DNA of 64,000 nucleotides from Guillardia theta CCMP2712 (GCF_000315625.1 NW_005434651.1:354045-418044); one strand, 5' to 3'. Positions 12,701-25,221 are shown, counted from the stretch's first letter. The notes: generated by a model from the letters alone, not told the origin. Program-made: numbers and translations.

Positions 12701-13357
12701 AAGAGAGCGCACCAGGGAGGAGTGGCGGTGCTGGAGCACCACAGGGAAGAGAGCTTCCTGCTGTCAGCTGGAAGGAGCGACGGGAGGATCGTAGTCTGGG
12801 AATCGGAGGCTCTTCTCGACCTCGCGGTGCTGGTGGTCGGGGAAGGGTCAGTCATCTATCGGGCCCTCTTCTCCTCGGACTCGAAGTTCGTGATCTCAGC
12901 AGACGACAAGCGAGGGATGCGGCTGTGGAACATCGAGACAGGGCGAGAGGTGTTCGCTCAGACCCTCGGGTCCTCGGAGAAGCTTGCCAAGGTCGACTTC
13001 TCAAGCGACGGGAGGTTCATCGCCACTGTCAAGACGAGCAGCGAGCAAATCGAGGTGTGGGACGCGAGCGGGGGGGGGCTGAAGGGCTCGCTGAAGAAGC
13101 ACCAGGGGAAGGTCGTCGACACGTCCTTCTCCACTGACGGAAAGTTTCTGAGCTCCATCGCCACAGACAAGAACTTGATCGTCTGGCGTCTGAGCTCCCT
13201 GCGGCCCTTGTGCTCCTTTTCCCTCGCTCAGTCGCCTTGTTGCTTGTGCGCCTACCAGGCGTGGCCCTGCCTGGTCGTGGGCGATCAAATCGGCAGCGTC
13301 TTCTTCCTCACCTTCGTCGAGCCACAGCCTCCCGAAGAAAGCGACGAGGAGGACTGA
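6778..13357 (+). CDS. NWD1/NWD2/TEP1-like STAND protein: C2 - DUF4062-like - NACHT (split by two C2 domains) - helical region - WD40 propellers; multi-exon, true start may be upstream
   Basis: C2A: VKVLEGKELMAADRSGTSDPY..YDYDLIGSHDFLG. DUF4062-like region: IRMYFASTFADF..VFPKL..LCFHEIAEC..LIGDRYG..PLP. P-loop LYGCEGSG[M/H]S at 9045-9123 and Walker B LLLMLDGLD at 10223-10249. Many GH..WD repeats follow 11490. Confidence 0.88.
8534..8622. repeat. 12-bp tandem repeat (TTCTCAATCAHH, last three bases vary), about 7 copies, intronic
   Basis: Seen directly, just after a probable GC donor (AG|gcatgt) at 8529. Confidence 0.8.
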
Positions 13358-13370
13358 GACCCCAAGAGCA

Positions 13371-13510
13371 GCTTCACTCCTTGTCTTGTAGCTTCACTCC
13401 TTGTCTTGTAGCTTCACTCCTTGTCTTGTAGCTTCACTCCTTGTCTTGTAGCTTCACTCCTTGTCTTGTAGCTTCACTCCTTGTCTTGTAGCTTCACTCC
13501 TTGTCTTGTA
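13371..13510. repeat. Perfect 20-bp tandem repeat, 7 copies (GCTTCACTCCTTGTCTTGTA)
   Basis: Seven identical units with no spacers, between convergent stop codons at 13357 and 13537. Confidence 0.97.
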
Positions 13511-13536
13511 GCTTTATTCTCTGACTTGAAGGAGAT

Positions 13537-15733
13537 TCACTCTCTCTCTTGACGGAACTTGGCTACTTGGACGGAGAGGAGCTCGATCATGCTGTCAGCA
13601 ACTCGCCCATCGTGCTCGAGGCTGCTGACTTGCTCCTTGAGCTTCCTTTCACATCTCCTCGCATCTTCCACCTCTTGCATCAGGCTTGCGATTCGATCCT
13701 GCCAAGCTGATCAGCAAGTCACGATGAACATGTCTGCCAGACTTTGAGCGAAGTCACTGAAGTGCTCAAGATGCTGTTTTCTGCCTCTAGCGCCAGGAAC
13801 GGGTCGGTCTGACAGAGCTTGTCGTTCCCCCTGGTCTGCACTCGTATCTGCAACTCTTGCGAGGCTTCGAGACGGAGGGCCAACGTCTTGAGGGCCATGT
13901 CGCGTTGAGAGACCTGGTGGCAAGTTGGAGTTAAAGGAAAACGACAAGTCAAACCCGGAACTACTTCTTGCTTCAGCTTCTCAACATCTGCTTGTAAAGC
14001 CTGCAACTGCTCCGACGACTCTCTCAGTCTCTCAGCTGCCAAGGATCCCTTGTGGCTCAAATCACGAACAAGATCAGCCAGCTGATCTCTTTCTCTATAC
14101 TTCGTTGTCAGCAAACAAATCCAAGCAAGAAGGTTCATGTACCTTTCAGCCCTGGCTTGAGCTTTCAAGGCGAGGTGCTGTGACTCAACGTAAGTCGACA
14201 TGCTTGACCTCAGCTCGTCGATGAGCTTCTGGCTCGAGTCCTTGTCTTGTAGAGATTTGTTCTTCTGGGAGGAAATCTGCCATCAGAGCATGCAGTTTGC
14301 TGTCAACGAGTGATCGCACCATGTGTTGGAGCTGATCGGTTGACTCGAGCTGCTTGTCATGGAGCTCCTGGTTGCAACAAGCTCACAAGTGCAGCAGGGA
14401 TGGAAAGGTGGCACACTCGTTCTAGGGCTGCTGCTGTTTCAAGAGCCTTGTGGCAAATCTCACTCTCCTTGCTCAGCTCGCCTCGCAGTCTCGCACATTC
14501 CTTCTCGAGCAAACAACGCTTGTCTGCTTCCATCGCCATGTTCCGAAAGATGTGGACCTTGCGCTGCAGGGAGACTGAGAGCAGCCTGAGGGGGCCTCAA
14601 CTTCGCAAGGGAGTCACGTGAACTCACTTGTGGACCTTCTTTAGCCTTGCAAGGCTCGTCACGATCAACTTAAACTCGCCAGTGACGTTCTACAACACTC
14701 GGAGGTTTACACATCAACACGGAGATATGATTCCAAGAAACCTCGATCAATTCTGAAAATGTAAGATTGAAGTCTAGCTTCAACTCGTCCATCCTTTGCA
14801 CAAGCCTCTCAAGAGACTTTGGTAATTTAGCCTCAAGCATCGCGACCCGTTTCACTTCCTTGTTGAAATTTGCTGTTTTCATCGACCATGTTTCCTGTTG
14901 CAGAAGAACTCAGGATCGACTTCCAGCAGTGATACTCTAGCTCAAACCTGTTCTAGCTTCAGTGTATGTACCTCATCCTCCAGCTTCAGCCTCGCTTCCA
15001 TCAGAGTAGCGACCTGTGCTCTCAGTTCCATCTCTGGAAGCCTGTCAGCGAGTGCACGGGGAAGGAGCAAGTCACCGAGGGAGTGAGATCTGCTTGCTGT
15101 TTCCAAGCACTTTGATTCCAGCTTAGCTGCCTGTCACATCACTGAGATCACGATGATGGTAGGATTTACAGACAGACGCACTTTCTCTTGCAGGCTCCCG
15201 ACCATGGCGTGTAGTCTCGATGTTTCCTTGCGATTATGAATCAGCTCCTCATTTCGTTCCTCGTCAAGTCTTTGCATGGCTCGAAGTTGTTCTTGGAGTT
15301 TTGCTCTCTCGCTCCTGAACTGTTTGAGCTGATCTTCATGCTCACTCTCAAGCAGCGCGCAATGCTGCCTGCAATTTTCGTAGTCTTGCCGCAGTTTCGC
15401 GATTTCTGAGCGCTGAATTTGAACTTGTTGTGTGACAACAATGGTCTCCTTCATCTGAGCCTTGAGAGGGTCAACCTCTTGCAAGTAAGCTTTCCTCATC
15501 GAGTCTTCTTTGGCCGCCTTGTTCACGTTGATGTCGGTAACCAGCTGCGGCGCAAGGAACATTCGATCCAACTGAGCTATCCTCATGTTCATTGACCCCT
15601 CTAACGCCATGCGCGGTTTACCGATCATAGGTCTCCGGCTCTCACCATTGACGCTCTCCTCCTCCTCCTCCTCCTCCTCCTCCTCCTCCTCCTCCTCCTC
15701 TACCATTTCCGTGCCTTCATCGCTGCTGGCCAT
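13537..15733 (-). CDS. Multi-exon coiled-coil protein of unknown function
   Basis: ATG at 15733 (MASSDEG, poly-E). Heptad-rich exons correspond to ORFs 15134-15733, 14670-14882, 14357-14539 and 13719-14201. The last exon ends ..VAKFRQERE* at 13537. Confidence 0.7.
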
Positions 15734-16101
15734 CTGACTGGAGTAGGAGCAGTCAAATTTGTTGTTGAAAACTATGAAAATTGATTTAGCTCAAGACGAT
15801 ATTTTACTAGTTTCCGGTGGCAAGAATCGTTCCATTCATGGGGGGTAGGGGATAGAGGATGGGGGGTAAGGGGTATCGAGTAAGGGGTAGGGGCTGAAAA
15901 GGGAGAGGGTCTGTGAAGGGTATTTGCTTCGAGAAGTTCACTGCTTATACTAGGTGGGGTATGTCAAGTATGGGGTAGGTAGATGGGGACTATTAGAAGC
16001 GTGGGGGTCCTTGACGAACCACCAGGTGGGGTAGCAAATAATTCCTTGGGGGTCCGCAAAAGCCGGAAATAGGCCATGGGCGGAGAGTGCGGAGAGTGGG
16101 A

Positions 16102-19075
16102 ATGGCATCGGCTGCGAGCAGGTAACGCAAAGAGATGGAGGAGAGGAGCAGAGGAGCAGAGGAGCAGAGGAGCAGAGGAGCAGAGGAGCAGAGGGGTAGA
16201 GGAGCAGAGGAGGAGCATAGAAAAAAAGAAAAGGAACAGGAGAAGAAGAGAAAGCGGAGCCGGCAAGTGATGTTGGTTCAGCATTAGAGGTAACGCGAAA
16301 TCGTGGTTTAGCATTTGGAAACGAGTAGAGAAATAGATGTTCGGGAAGAAATCCGATCTTACATGATTTGCAGAGGACCAAGCACACAGGACGAAGAAGC
16401 AAGGTGAGAGGCGTGTGAGCACAAAGGGCCTACGTGACTCACTATCTTCGTTAGCTGTCCTGCGATACTCGGTGCTCTTCATTGCAGCGGCAGCAGCTAT
16501 CTGTGGGTTTCTTCTCCTCACATCGTCAAGCGGAACGTCAGCTGATGGGTGAGCTACTGCAGTACCTCAGAGGGTTGTAAGAGTCGCTTGCAGCTCTGTC
16601 CATGGAGCGCAGCTCCTGTCTTCGCGTGTCCCTTGCCAGGGGAGCTCCTGCAAGCAGATGTCTCTGTCACGGGCTAAGCTCCACAAGCTCCCTCGCTCGG
16701 CTCGTACGGTGGTCAAAGGTACCTCATTCGCTGCCCCTTCCATCTCGAGCCCTGGATCAGACGCGTACACGCAGGGAAAAGCATGCTGTCGAGCGTACGA
16801 GAGGACGAGAAGGTGAAGGTGAGGCTCTACATGGAAAGTCAGGTACGCAGCAGTCGATGCCATGCTGCATGTCAGCTGACCTGTTGTAGTGTCCTGCTTG
16901 CAAGAAGTATTCCACTACTTACATTAAGCAACTTCTCGAAACTCCGGGGGTGAGGTGCTATGAGGTTGGGTATGTTTGCTCATCTAGTCTACCTGCAGGT
17001 GAAGGACATTGTGGATTTCAAGTTTGTTCCGTGGGGAAATGGAAAGATTCTCAACAATCAACAAGTCAGTCAGGTTGTGAAGAAAGGTGGGACTGACAAC
17101 AAAGCAGGTTCTCAACACAACTCAGCTGCTCTCGAGCACTTTGAATCATCTGGAGCTCGCGGTGCAATCGCAGAACTCAATTGTGGATTCACTGGTCCAC
17201 GACTTCAACAACATGTGGAGATCTTTGAGCTTCGAGATTACTCACTTAAAGCAAAATCGTACTTCTACTAGCTTTCAGTCTTCTCTCTGTAACTCGTTGG
17301 AGCAGCCATCGTCAAGAAGTATACCTCACTCGCACACTTTTCGACTCGTGAGAAGGCTGTGAAGCAATCTCTCTTCTCTGAGGAGGAATGGCTCGCCAAT
17401 CAAACTCAGTTCAACATGGAGGATTGGATCTCTGATCACACTCTGCCCGGTATCGATGAGTGGCTGGCAAACCAGACGTCTTTCGACTTCGAGGCTTGGC
17501 TTTCTTCCCAGCCCACGTATGATATCGAAAGCTGGCTGAGTGGAGGATCAGGAGCTGCAGGTGACTTTGAGTTGGAGCTGGCGAGGTGACAATGGGACTG
17601 AATCTCACTAGGTAACGCCAGCAACTCGACGGACTCGCGATCCGACATTCAGAAGTGGCTGGACGACCAGCCCGACTTCGATTTTGAGGTTCTTTGTCCT
17701 GGGCATGTGCTGGGTATGACGATTCGTTTAGGCGTGGCTAGCGGCTCAGCCGGTCTTCGACTTTGACGGCTGGTTGTCGAACGTTTCTAAGGCCCAGCAG
17801 GTGGAGGCGGAAGACGCAAAAGCTTTTGTTGAGTTCAGTTGACTGCTGTCACAGGACACTTCCTCCAATTCGTCTGGCTCGGGGCTCTTGAGCGAAGGGT
17901 CCATCGTTTCCCTCCAAGCAAAGCTGGACAAGTTGACGAGCAAGCTGATGCTTTTGAAGAAGGCATGCGTCGTTCAATTCCTCTTGTTGACTCTGACCTG
18001 CTTCCTTGCAGTTGGGCTCCCGCATCCGAGCTCTAAGGTAAGCAGAGATGGAGGGAAAGCGAAGGTTGTCGATCTGAAGGTGTAGGGTCAGGACATCCGC
18101 CTTGCATAAGAGGCAGGCGTTGGCCGAGGAGTCTTCGCACTCGATCAACCTCAACCTCGTGTTCCTCTGCCAGCATGGAAGTCAAGAGTGTGCGGGTAAC
18201 GCCTGGGAGAACTGCATTCAGGTATCTCCTTGATAGCTCGGGAAGGAGGAAGAGGTTGTGAAGAAGAATGACTCGACGAGCAGAGCATGTATCCTGATCA
18301 GCAGACTTTCTTCCCTGTCATCGATTGCGTCGAGAAACGAGGCTGTGCGGAGGGACAGAAGGCCCCCGAGGACTGCGAAGGCGAACCGCAAGGTGAAGGT
18401 GTGAGAGAGAGGGGCTGACGGGCTGACGGGCTGATAGCTGTGGCGGGAGGATGCGTTCACGAGTTCGGTCACGGAGTGATGGATATCAACGCGCTGCAAG
18501 CTTGTGTGTATGGATCTCAAGGACGAGGACTCCAGATCCCGGTCTCTTGTACTCTCTCGTCACCCTCCTTTACAGTCCTCTGCTTCCCTATGACTTCCGA
18601 AGCCTCCTGCTGCTCTTTTCTTCCGGCCCCTCACCTCCTTTCAGGAGTCGACAATCTTGCTGCTCCAAGCAGCGAAGGAGACGAGCGAGGCAACGGGCAG
18701 GCAGTGGGTAAGAGCACAAGCTTCTGTCACCCTGCATGATATGCACCTAGGTGCCCTGGCTGACCATCGACGGCGTTTCTCCCGCGACCAGTCAAGATGA
18801 CTTTGGGCAGATCTTCCTGGTCTCTTGTTCTGCTCCCCTCGTGCACGAAGCATTCTCTCCGACTTGCTCCTCCTTGTCTTCATCGCTCCTCCCTCCCCCT
18901 TGCCTCTTGCACTCTCCTCGTTCCTCCGACTGACCCTCGAGGTCGTCAGGTCGGCATGCATGTATGCAACGCCTACGCCAAGAAGACTGGCAAGACCCCT
19001 CCCTCGCAGTGCAGCTCCTTCATCACTCAAGTTCCCGCGGATCCCTGGGCTGCTTTCAACGGGACGAGCTTGTGA
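16102..19075 (+). CDS. GILT-family (gamma-interferon-inducible lysosomal thiol reductase-like) protein with an N-terminal signal anchor and a large internal insertion
   Basis: The spliced reading gives KVKVRLYMESQ|CPAC (16890-16901), DIVDFKFVPWGN, the GILT signature CQHGSQECAGNAWENC (18168-18215), VPWLTIDG and VCNAY..P..C. Hydrophobic segment: VLFIAAAAAICGFLLL. Confidence 0.88.
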
Positions 19076-19239
19076 GGAAAGAAGCCGCCTCCTCCTCCTC
19101 CTAACGGCTCTCGGAGCTTCGACCCTCGTCTACCGCGTGATTAAATCTCTTTCTTCTTCTCCCTCCTCTCCTTCTCCTGCTTGCTCCTGTTTCGATCGCG
19201 GCTCCGTGCAGCCTCGATCACATCATGGGCTCTGTCGAT

Positions 19240-19985
19240 CCACAAGAAGATCTGCGAACGAGGTCATGCAGGAGGGGGCGAGTGTGGCGGACCTCCTCTG
19301 GAGGAGTGTCGAGCCAGTAGGTGCCCTGATAGTCGGGGGGAGGAAGAGGAACGTCCATGGCTCGCCATCTGCAACGCGGTGAGCTAGGGAGGAGCTCTAG
19401 CTTGAGCTTCCAACCTCTCGCTCCTCCTCCTCTCCTGCCTCAGCAGCAACGCCAAGGAATGATGCATGCTCTCGAGCAACTGCACAGTGAATGGGTCAGG
19501 GAGGATGAGGAGAAGGACAGGGAGAGGAACGCGTCGGGAGGAGAGTGAAACCTGTCTGTCTTGGAGCTCACCAACGTTTGCCTTCCGATGAGGTCAAGGA
19601 GAAGAGAAGGAGCAAGTGACGCACATGCACTAAGGGACGAGGGAGAAACGTGTAGTCCTCGTTAACCGCGAGTATCTGTACTGGCTTGCCCTGCCAGTCA
19701 GCCAGGGATGTTGACTCATTGAAGAATTTCCTGCTGGCATGTGATGAGGAGGGAGGAGGGAGAAACGAGACCGGAAGGTCGGAGGGACAGCATAAGACTC
19801 CCGCGCAGCTGACAAGTTCCGTTCCTGCGACATCAGGACGATGCTCCTCTCTTGCCTGGGACTCGAAGGCACTGAACAAGAATGAGAGTGAACGAAGGAA
19901 AGAGGTGAGGAGGAGCAGGAGAAGGAGAAGGAGAAGGAGAAGGAGAAGGAGCAGAAGCAGGAGCAGGAGCAGAAGCAGAAGTAGA

Positions 19986-20050
<65 letters not shown>

Positions 20051-21937
20051 AAGCAGAAGCAGGAGCAGGATCAGCAAAAAGACCATGCAAGCCCCAAAGC
20101 CGTTCCAGCCAGATATAGAACTCCCTCAAGGCTTTCTGCGTCATGGTCGTCCGTCAAGACTCTCGAAAGGCTCTGGGTCGACCGGCAGGTGCGGGTCATA
20201 ACTGACCTTGTTCGCCCTTGTTCGCTCCTCCTCCACCATGTCCCTCGTGTACACGAGCTGCAAGAGGATCAAGGAAGCAGCGGGTCACAGAGCGACTCAC
20301 TCGCTCCCTCGAATGAGCGATCTTCATCTTCATCCACCAGTCGTCTGTCGTAAGGTGCGCGTCTGTCCGTCTGCGAGTCTGACGATGCGAGTGAGCAGCG
20401 AGGCTAAAAGATGCTTCGAGGGTTTGAGCGATCGAAAAGATTATGGAGGAGGCCAAGAGGTTGTCGCACCTCCAAGTCTTCTTCACTCACTAGTTGAGAA
20501 TCCTTCTCCAGGTTGTCGATGACGTCACCATGCTTATGAAACTCCTCAAAAAGGAATAAAACAGTTCAAGGTCGCGGTAACTCACGCATTCCTCCACGTG
20601 GTCAGCGAACAGCTTCTTTACGATGAAGGTGTTCTGGTAGAGTGTGAGCACGGCTTGCTATCGTCATCCTCACACACTAATGTAGGAGCTTGTCGCATCT
20701 CATCGCAGCTGCCGTTGGCATTAACGTCGGAGTTGGAATCAGAAGCGTCCTCCAGCATCTCTCGCATACACAAGCCCCAGTCCTTGTTGTAATCCTCCAT
20801 GTCAACGATGTGCTTTGCGAGACCGGAGGACCTTGAAGACCAGGTCACTTGTCTCGTCTCACACAGCCTGACGTACTGTGTCGATGACTCGTAGGACTCA
20901 GTCTCGACCGTGTCCGTCGCATCCTCATCTGCGCACGCCTCCTCTGCTTCCATGGCTTTGCCTGTGCACGCCTGCTCTACGGCTAGCGATACCTCTCGCC
21001 CTCCCTTCGCTCTATCCAATCTCAGGGCTGTGAGAGCTTGATGCAGGAGCTGAAAAGAAACTGTTGGACTGAGCACAAGCAGCTCGCTCTGTACCTCAAC
21101 ATGATCGTAGAACGTTTGCACCAGGTCTCTTAACCCGACATCTGTTGCAACGTGAGACACACCATCCAACCATCCCATCACAGATCGACCTGCCGGCAGT
21201 TCTCGCCTCCCCTCTTTATGCCACTTCTCGAGCATGGGCGGCAAGAGGGAGGCGACGCCCCTCGCCTTCTCCTCCCGCACGCTCGAGAGCCACACGACCA
21301 TCTCCTCCATCCCGACCATCAACGCCCTCGCGCACACTGCAAGTCGGTGGATCCTGGCGCTCTAGCAAGCTCAAGTCACTGTTACAGCCTGACTCTTACA
21401 TGCACTACAAGTGACTCGCAGTTCTCGGTGGATTGAGGAAAGAAAACCTGAAGAGATCCGCATCAGCAACACCCTTTGCAAGCTTCTCTTGAGCACCCAT
21501 CGTATCGCAACCGCATCTTGAGCTTCAACCTCAGCCTGTATCGCATACTTCAATCGAGCAAACAGGATATTCCTTGCTCGGTGAAAGCACTGGAGAGAGT
21601 GCTGGCGCCATGCGAGGAACAAAGCTTCTTCCCGCGAACAAGATCCTGTATCTAGGAGCCCTCCCCTGGTCCTCGCGTCGACCTCTTGCGAGATAACGTG
21701 CAGTGTCTCGTTCATGCGGAGGAGGAGTGGGAGAACTTGACCCTCTGCGGCACCAATCTGATGAACATGCTGGCCATCTGTCGTGCCGTTGCACTGTTGG
21801 CTTGACACGCGAAAGACTCTCTGCCGAGGCAAGCGCCATGGCTTGCAATGAAGGTGCTTCACGAGACTGAACTCGCTGTATGAGACACTGCAGCATCGGC
21901 TACATCCAAAAAGCAACAAGATCCAGACTCTGATCAT
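19240..21937 (-). CDS. Multi-exon hypothetical protein with a signal-peptide-like N-terminus; could be two genes
   Basis: Starts MIRVWILLLFGCSRCCS at 21937. Coding-like exons at 21371-21937, 20618-21337, 19650-19870 and 19240-19380 have splice-like borders. Confidence 0.5.
19911..20070. repeat. (GAGCAG/GAGAAG)n hexamer microsatellite, probably intronic
   Basis: Seen directly; it produces spurious RS, poly-L and AP ORFs. Confidence 0.9.
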
Positions 21938-22234
21938 GCACTTGCACTTCGACTACCAGTGGGGCTAACGACTACGAGAACCTCTCGACTTCCGACCGCT
22001 CGTACCCCTTGGGTCCTCCGACTGTCATGGGTGGCGAGGGTTGATTGGATCAATCCTCCATCCTTCACCCGGATGTGTACTCGGCCTCAAGCAACATCCT
22101 GCTGTGCATGTGCTTGTCACCTTGTAGCCACCTCGACCTCAAGTCTCTGACGCCCTGCTCGCCCTCCTTGCTGCTTGCATTCGCTCCTGGAACCTGCTCA
22201 CAGTATATCATTGCAGTCAAGCCCAACACGGCAT

Positions 22235-22307
22235 GCCCGGTTAGCTCAGTCGGCAGAGCGCAAGGCTCTTAACCTTGTGGTCGTGGGTTCGAGCCCCACA
22301 TCGGGCG
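22235..22307 (+). tRNA. trnK-CUU: tRNA-Lys(CTT), intronless
   Basis: Acceptor stem GCCCGGT/ATCGGGC, D-arm TAGCTCAGTCGGCAGAGC, anticodon arm CAAGG-CTCTTAA-CCTTG and T-arm GTGGGTTCGAGCCCCAC. A T5 Pol III terminator follows at 22324-22328. Confidence 0.97.
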
Positions 22308-22478
22308 AAGCTCCGACTGAAACTTTTTGACTGGACTCTAGAGTCTTTTTTTCTTTTACAACATTCTTTTTGACTCCGAGCGCTGCAGTGAGCACACGGG
22401 GCTGGTAGGGTGGTAGTGCTGATTGGTGCAGGGGTGGGGTGAGGGGTGGTGGGGTGGTCAAGTTTGTCTCTTCCGGGC

Positions 22479-25135
22479 ATGGCACTAACGCTGCCAGCGC
22501 TTGAAGCAGCTTCAAGGATGCAGGACCCTCTGTCTCTAGCGAGCGAGGGCAGGCAGGATTACAGAGAGCTCAGCAGAGCCAGCGGTGCCGTCTCTGTGTT
22601 CAACTCCATCCCAGCGTCCATCACATCGAGGATCAGCAGTGGACTTGACAAGGACAGCGTGTTGATCGATCCGCTGGTTCCTCAGCAAGTAGCCGGGGAC
22701 ACATTCAACTACTCCTCCAGGGCTAGCCAGCCGTCGCTGTCTGAGCAGCTGCCTGAGAACATCGGGTCTTTGATTCAAGGGGAACGACGAGCGGAGGTCA
22801 TCCGGGAGGAGATGAGGGCTTCGAGACGTTGGAGCGACTCCATCGCTGACCGAGCCTCCACGCTCAACAACCCGCCTGTCATCTACGTGCCCGAACCCCA
22901 ACAGGTTCAGACAGATCCGCTCACCACCACGTATACGTCATCTGCCCGTTCCATCTCAACCAGGGAAAGGATTGTGTTCCCCATTCCGCAGTCGGTAATC
23001 CAGCAAGGGAGACCTCTGCCGCAGCTAGTGGAGCATTCGAATGCCACCAACGATGCAGACAAGGCCAAGTCCTTCTTCGACAAGTATTCGTGGGTGCGCA
23101 TGGAACAAGGTATGCAATGGATGTTGAATGCGCTACAGCTAACACGTGCTGTAGACCTTCAGTCGTCTCAGGACCCCACCTTCAACAAGTATATGAGCAA
23201 GCAGGAGACAGAGAGGATTGAATCTATCATCCCCGAGAAGTCCTGGAAGCAGGAAGGCATGAATGAAAAAATTGGGAAGATGCCAAGAGATGAAGTGTTC
23301 AAGTACTTGAAGGAATGTGAAGATGACTACAAGGAAAAACAATTCCGAGCGAAACATATCGACGATGGTGGACTTGCAGAGTACAATCTGAGAGAATCGG
23401 AGGTACGGCTGATGGAAGCAAGAAGCATGGCACGTGAAGAGCTCACAAAGATCTCGAAACAGACCAGGTAGCTGACAACTTTAACTTCACCACTCTGAAT
23501 GGTTGCAGGGGGAGCAGCTCCAATGAGAACTTTGTGCCAAAGAAGTGAGTGTTGCTCTTGTTGCGATAGAATACAAGCTCACACTTGACGCAAGTCCTCC
23601 TTCTGTTTCTCGCATAGACAACTTCGAAGGTCAAGGAGCTTACAAACAGGACAACAAGGTCAATCTCTCATCGCTCTCTCATCTGTTTCACTTTGCTCTC
23701 GTCTGTTTATGCCTCTTTTGCTTCTCCTCCTCTTCGCTGATTCAGTCTACTTCTCCTGCAGTCCTTTTCCAGGGTTAAAGGTATTCAGAGCATTTTGTCT
23801 GTTCACGTTCGCGAGGCTGTCGGCTTAGCTGTTCTGCTGCAAAATCAAGCAGGTGCGTGAGCAAAGCTGAGGAAGATGTGAAGGTGACGAGGCTCTGACA
23901 GTCGGCGTGCACTCTCCATGGGTCTACGTCTCAATGTCTCTAAGGAGAGCAAATCCTTCCTCACAGCAGAAGCAAGAGATCACCAGGTGACAGCAAGCGA
24001 ACAAAGGGGAGGGTGACGACACGAAAGGCTTTCTCGTTGCCTTCCCTACGACTTCGGACATGCCTCGTCTTCCTATCTCGTGCAAGGGCCTGACGGGAGG
24101 AGCATCGAGGAAATCGATCTGGTACGAGCACCTCCTCTCCCATACCCCTCGTGATGCACCCACAGGTCGAGACCTACAGGGATGAGCGAGAAGACGCGAG
24201 AGGAGTGGGAGGGGTAGCGCAAGCAGGCGAGTCTCGTAGTTGATGACACGTGCAGATGGTCAGATGGAACGAGACTTTTCAGCTGCGCCTCGAACAAGAA
24301 GAGTACATAGACTCCGAGCTGATCCTCACTGTGTGTCCTCCTGTGCCTCCCCAGCTCTGCTGAGTGACTTTCAAGGTTCACGAAGTCAAGAAGGAGGGCA
24401 TCCATGATCCCACGGGGAGAATGATCGGACAGACTAACGCCATCTCACTCCGAGACCTCTACTCATACGGCAGGATGGAGGCTTGGCTTCAGCTTGCCCC
24501 CACGACATCCTTCGGTGAGCAGCAAGGCCTTGTTGGAAGAAATTCATGGGATTTCCTGCAGTCCTCCCCTCCTCGACTGCCATCCCTCAAGTTCGTGTGG
24601 GTATCGAGTATCGCGAGCTCGGTGAAGCAGGAGGAGAAGTGCTTTGACCCTCCTCACGAGTCAACCAGAGAAGTCTTGGGGGCCGACAACACTCGCAACG
24701 GACTTTCCGCCTGCTCCTGACAAGAAGACATGGCCTGAGCTTGAAGGAGTGCCATGCGGCGAAGCTTGCAGGAAGATCAAACAGGAGAGACCAGATGTGG
24801 AGATCAAACTGCTCAAGTTCTCTCTGGTATTCACCTCTCACAACTCTTCCTCCTCCTCCCTGTCCTCCTAACCCCCCCCCCCCCCTCCCCCTCCTTTCTC
24901 TCCACTCCCACACCTCTCGCTTGCTGTTTCATCCTCATCCTTCCGATGCTGACCTTGCGTCTACAGGACACAGACCTTCTCATGGGGTTCGATCTCGCTG
25001 CCGACAATGAGCTTGGAGGAGGCGACGTGCTTGGAAACTTCACGGGCCTCTTCGGGTTCAAATCCGATGCCCAGAGGGTCGAGGATGTGAGCTGCTGTTC
25101 CCCCTTTCTGCTGCTCCTCTCCTCCTTGCACCTGC

Positions 25136-25221
<86 letters not shown>

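Noticed and set aside
9173-13288. Long antisense and alternate-frame ORFs over the NACHT-WD40, NTE and LRR genes
   Set aside because: These are shadow ORFs expected from GC-rich codon usage, with no recognisable motifs.
13371-13510. CRISPR-like array
   Set aside because: The units are directly adjacent with no spacers, the context is eukaryotic and there are no cas genes. It is a minisatellite.
16337-16372. ATG..TGA in frame with GILT, suggesting selenocysteine or readthrough
   Set aside because: The TGA sits just before a tttgcag acceptor and is better explained as intronic. It is not at a catalytic position.
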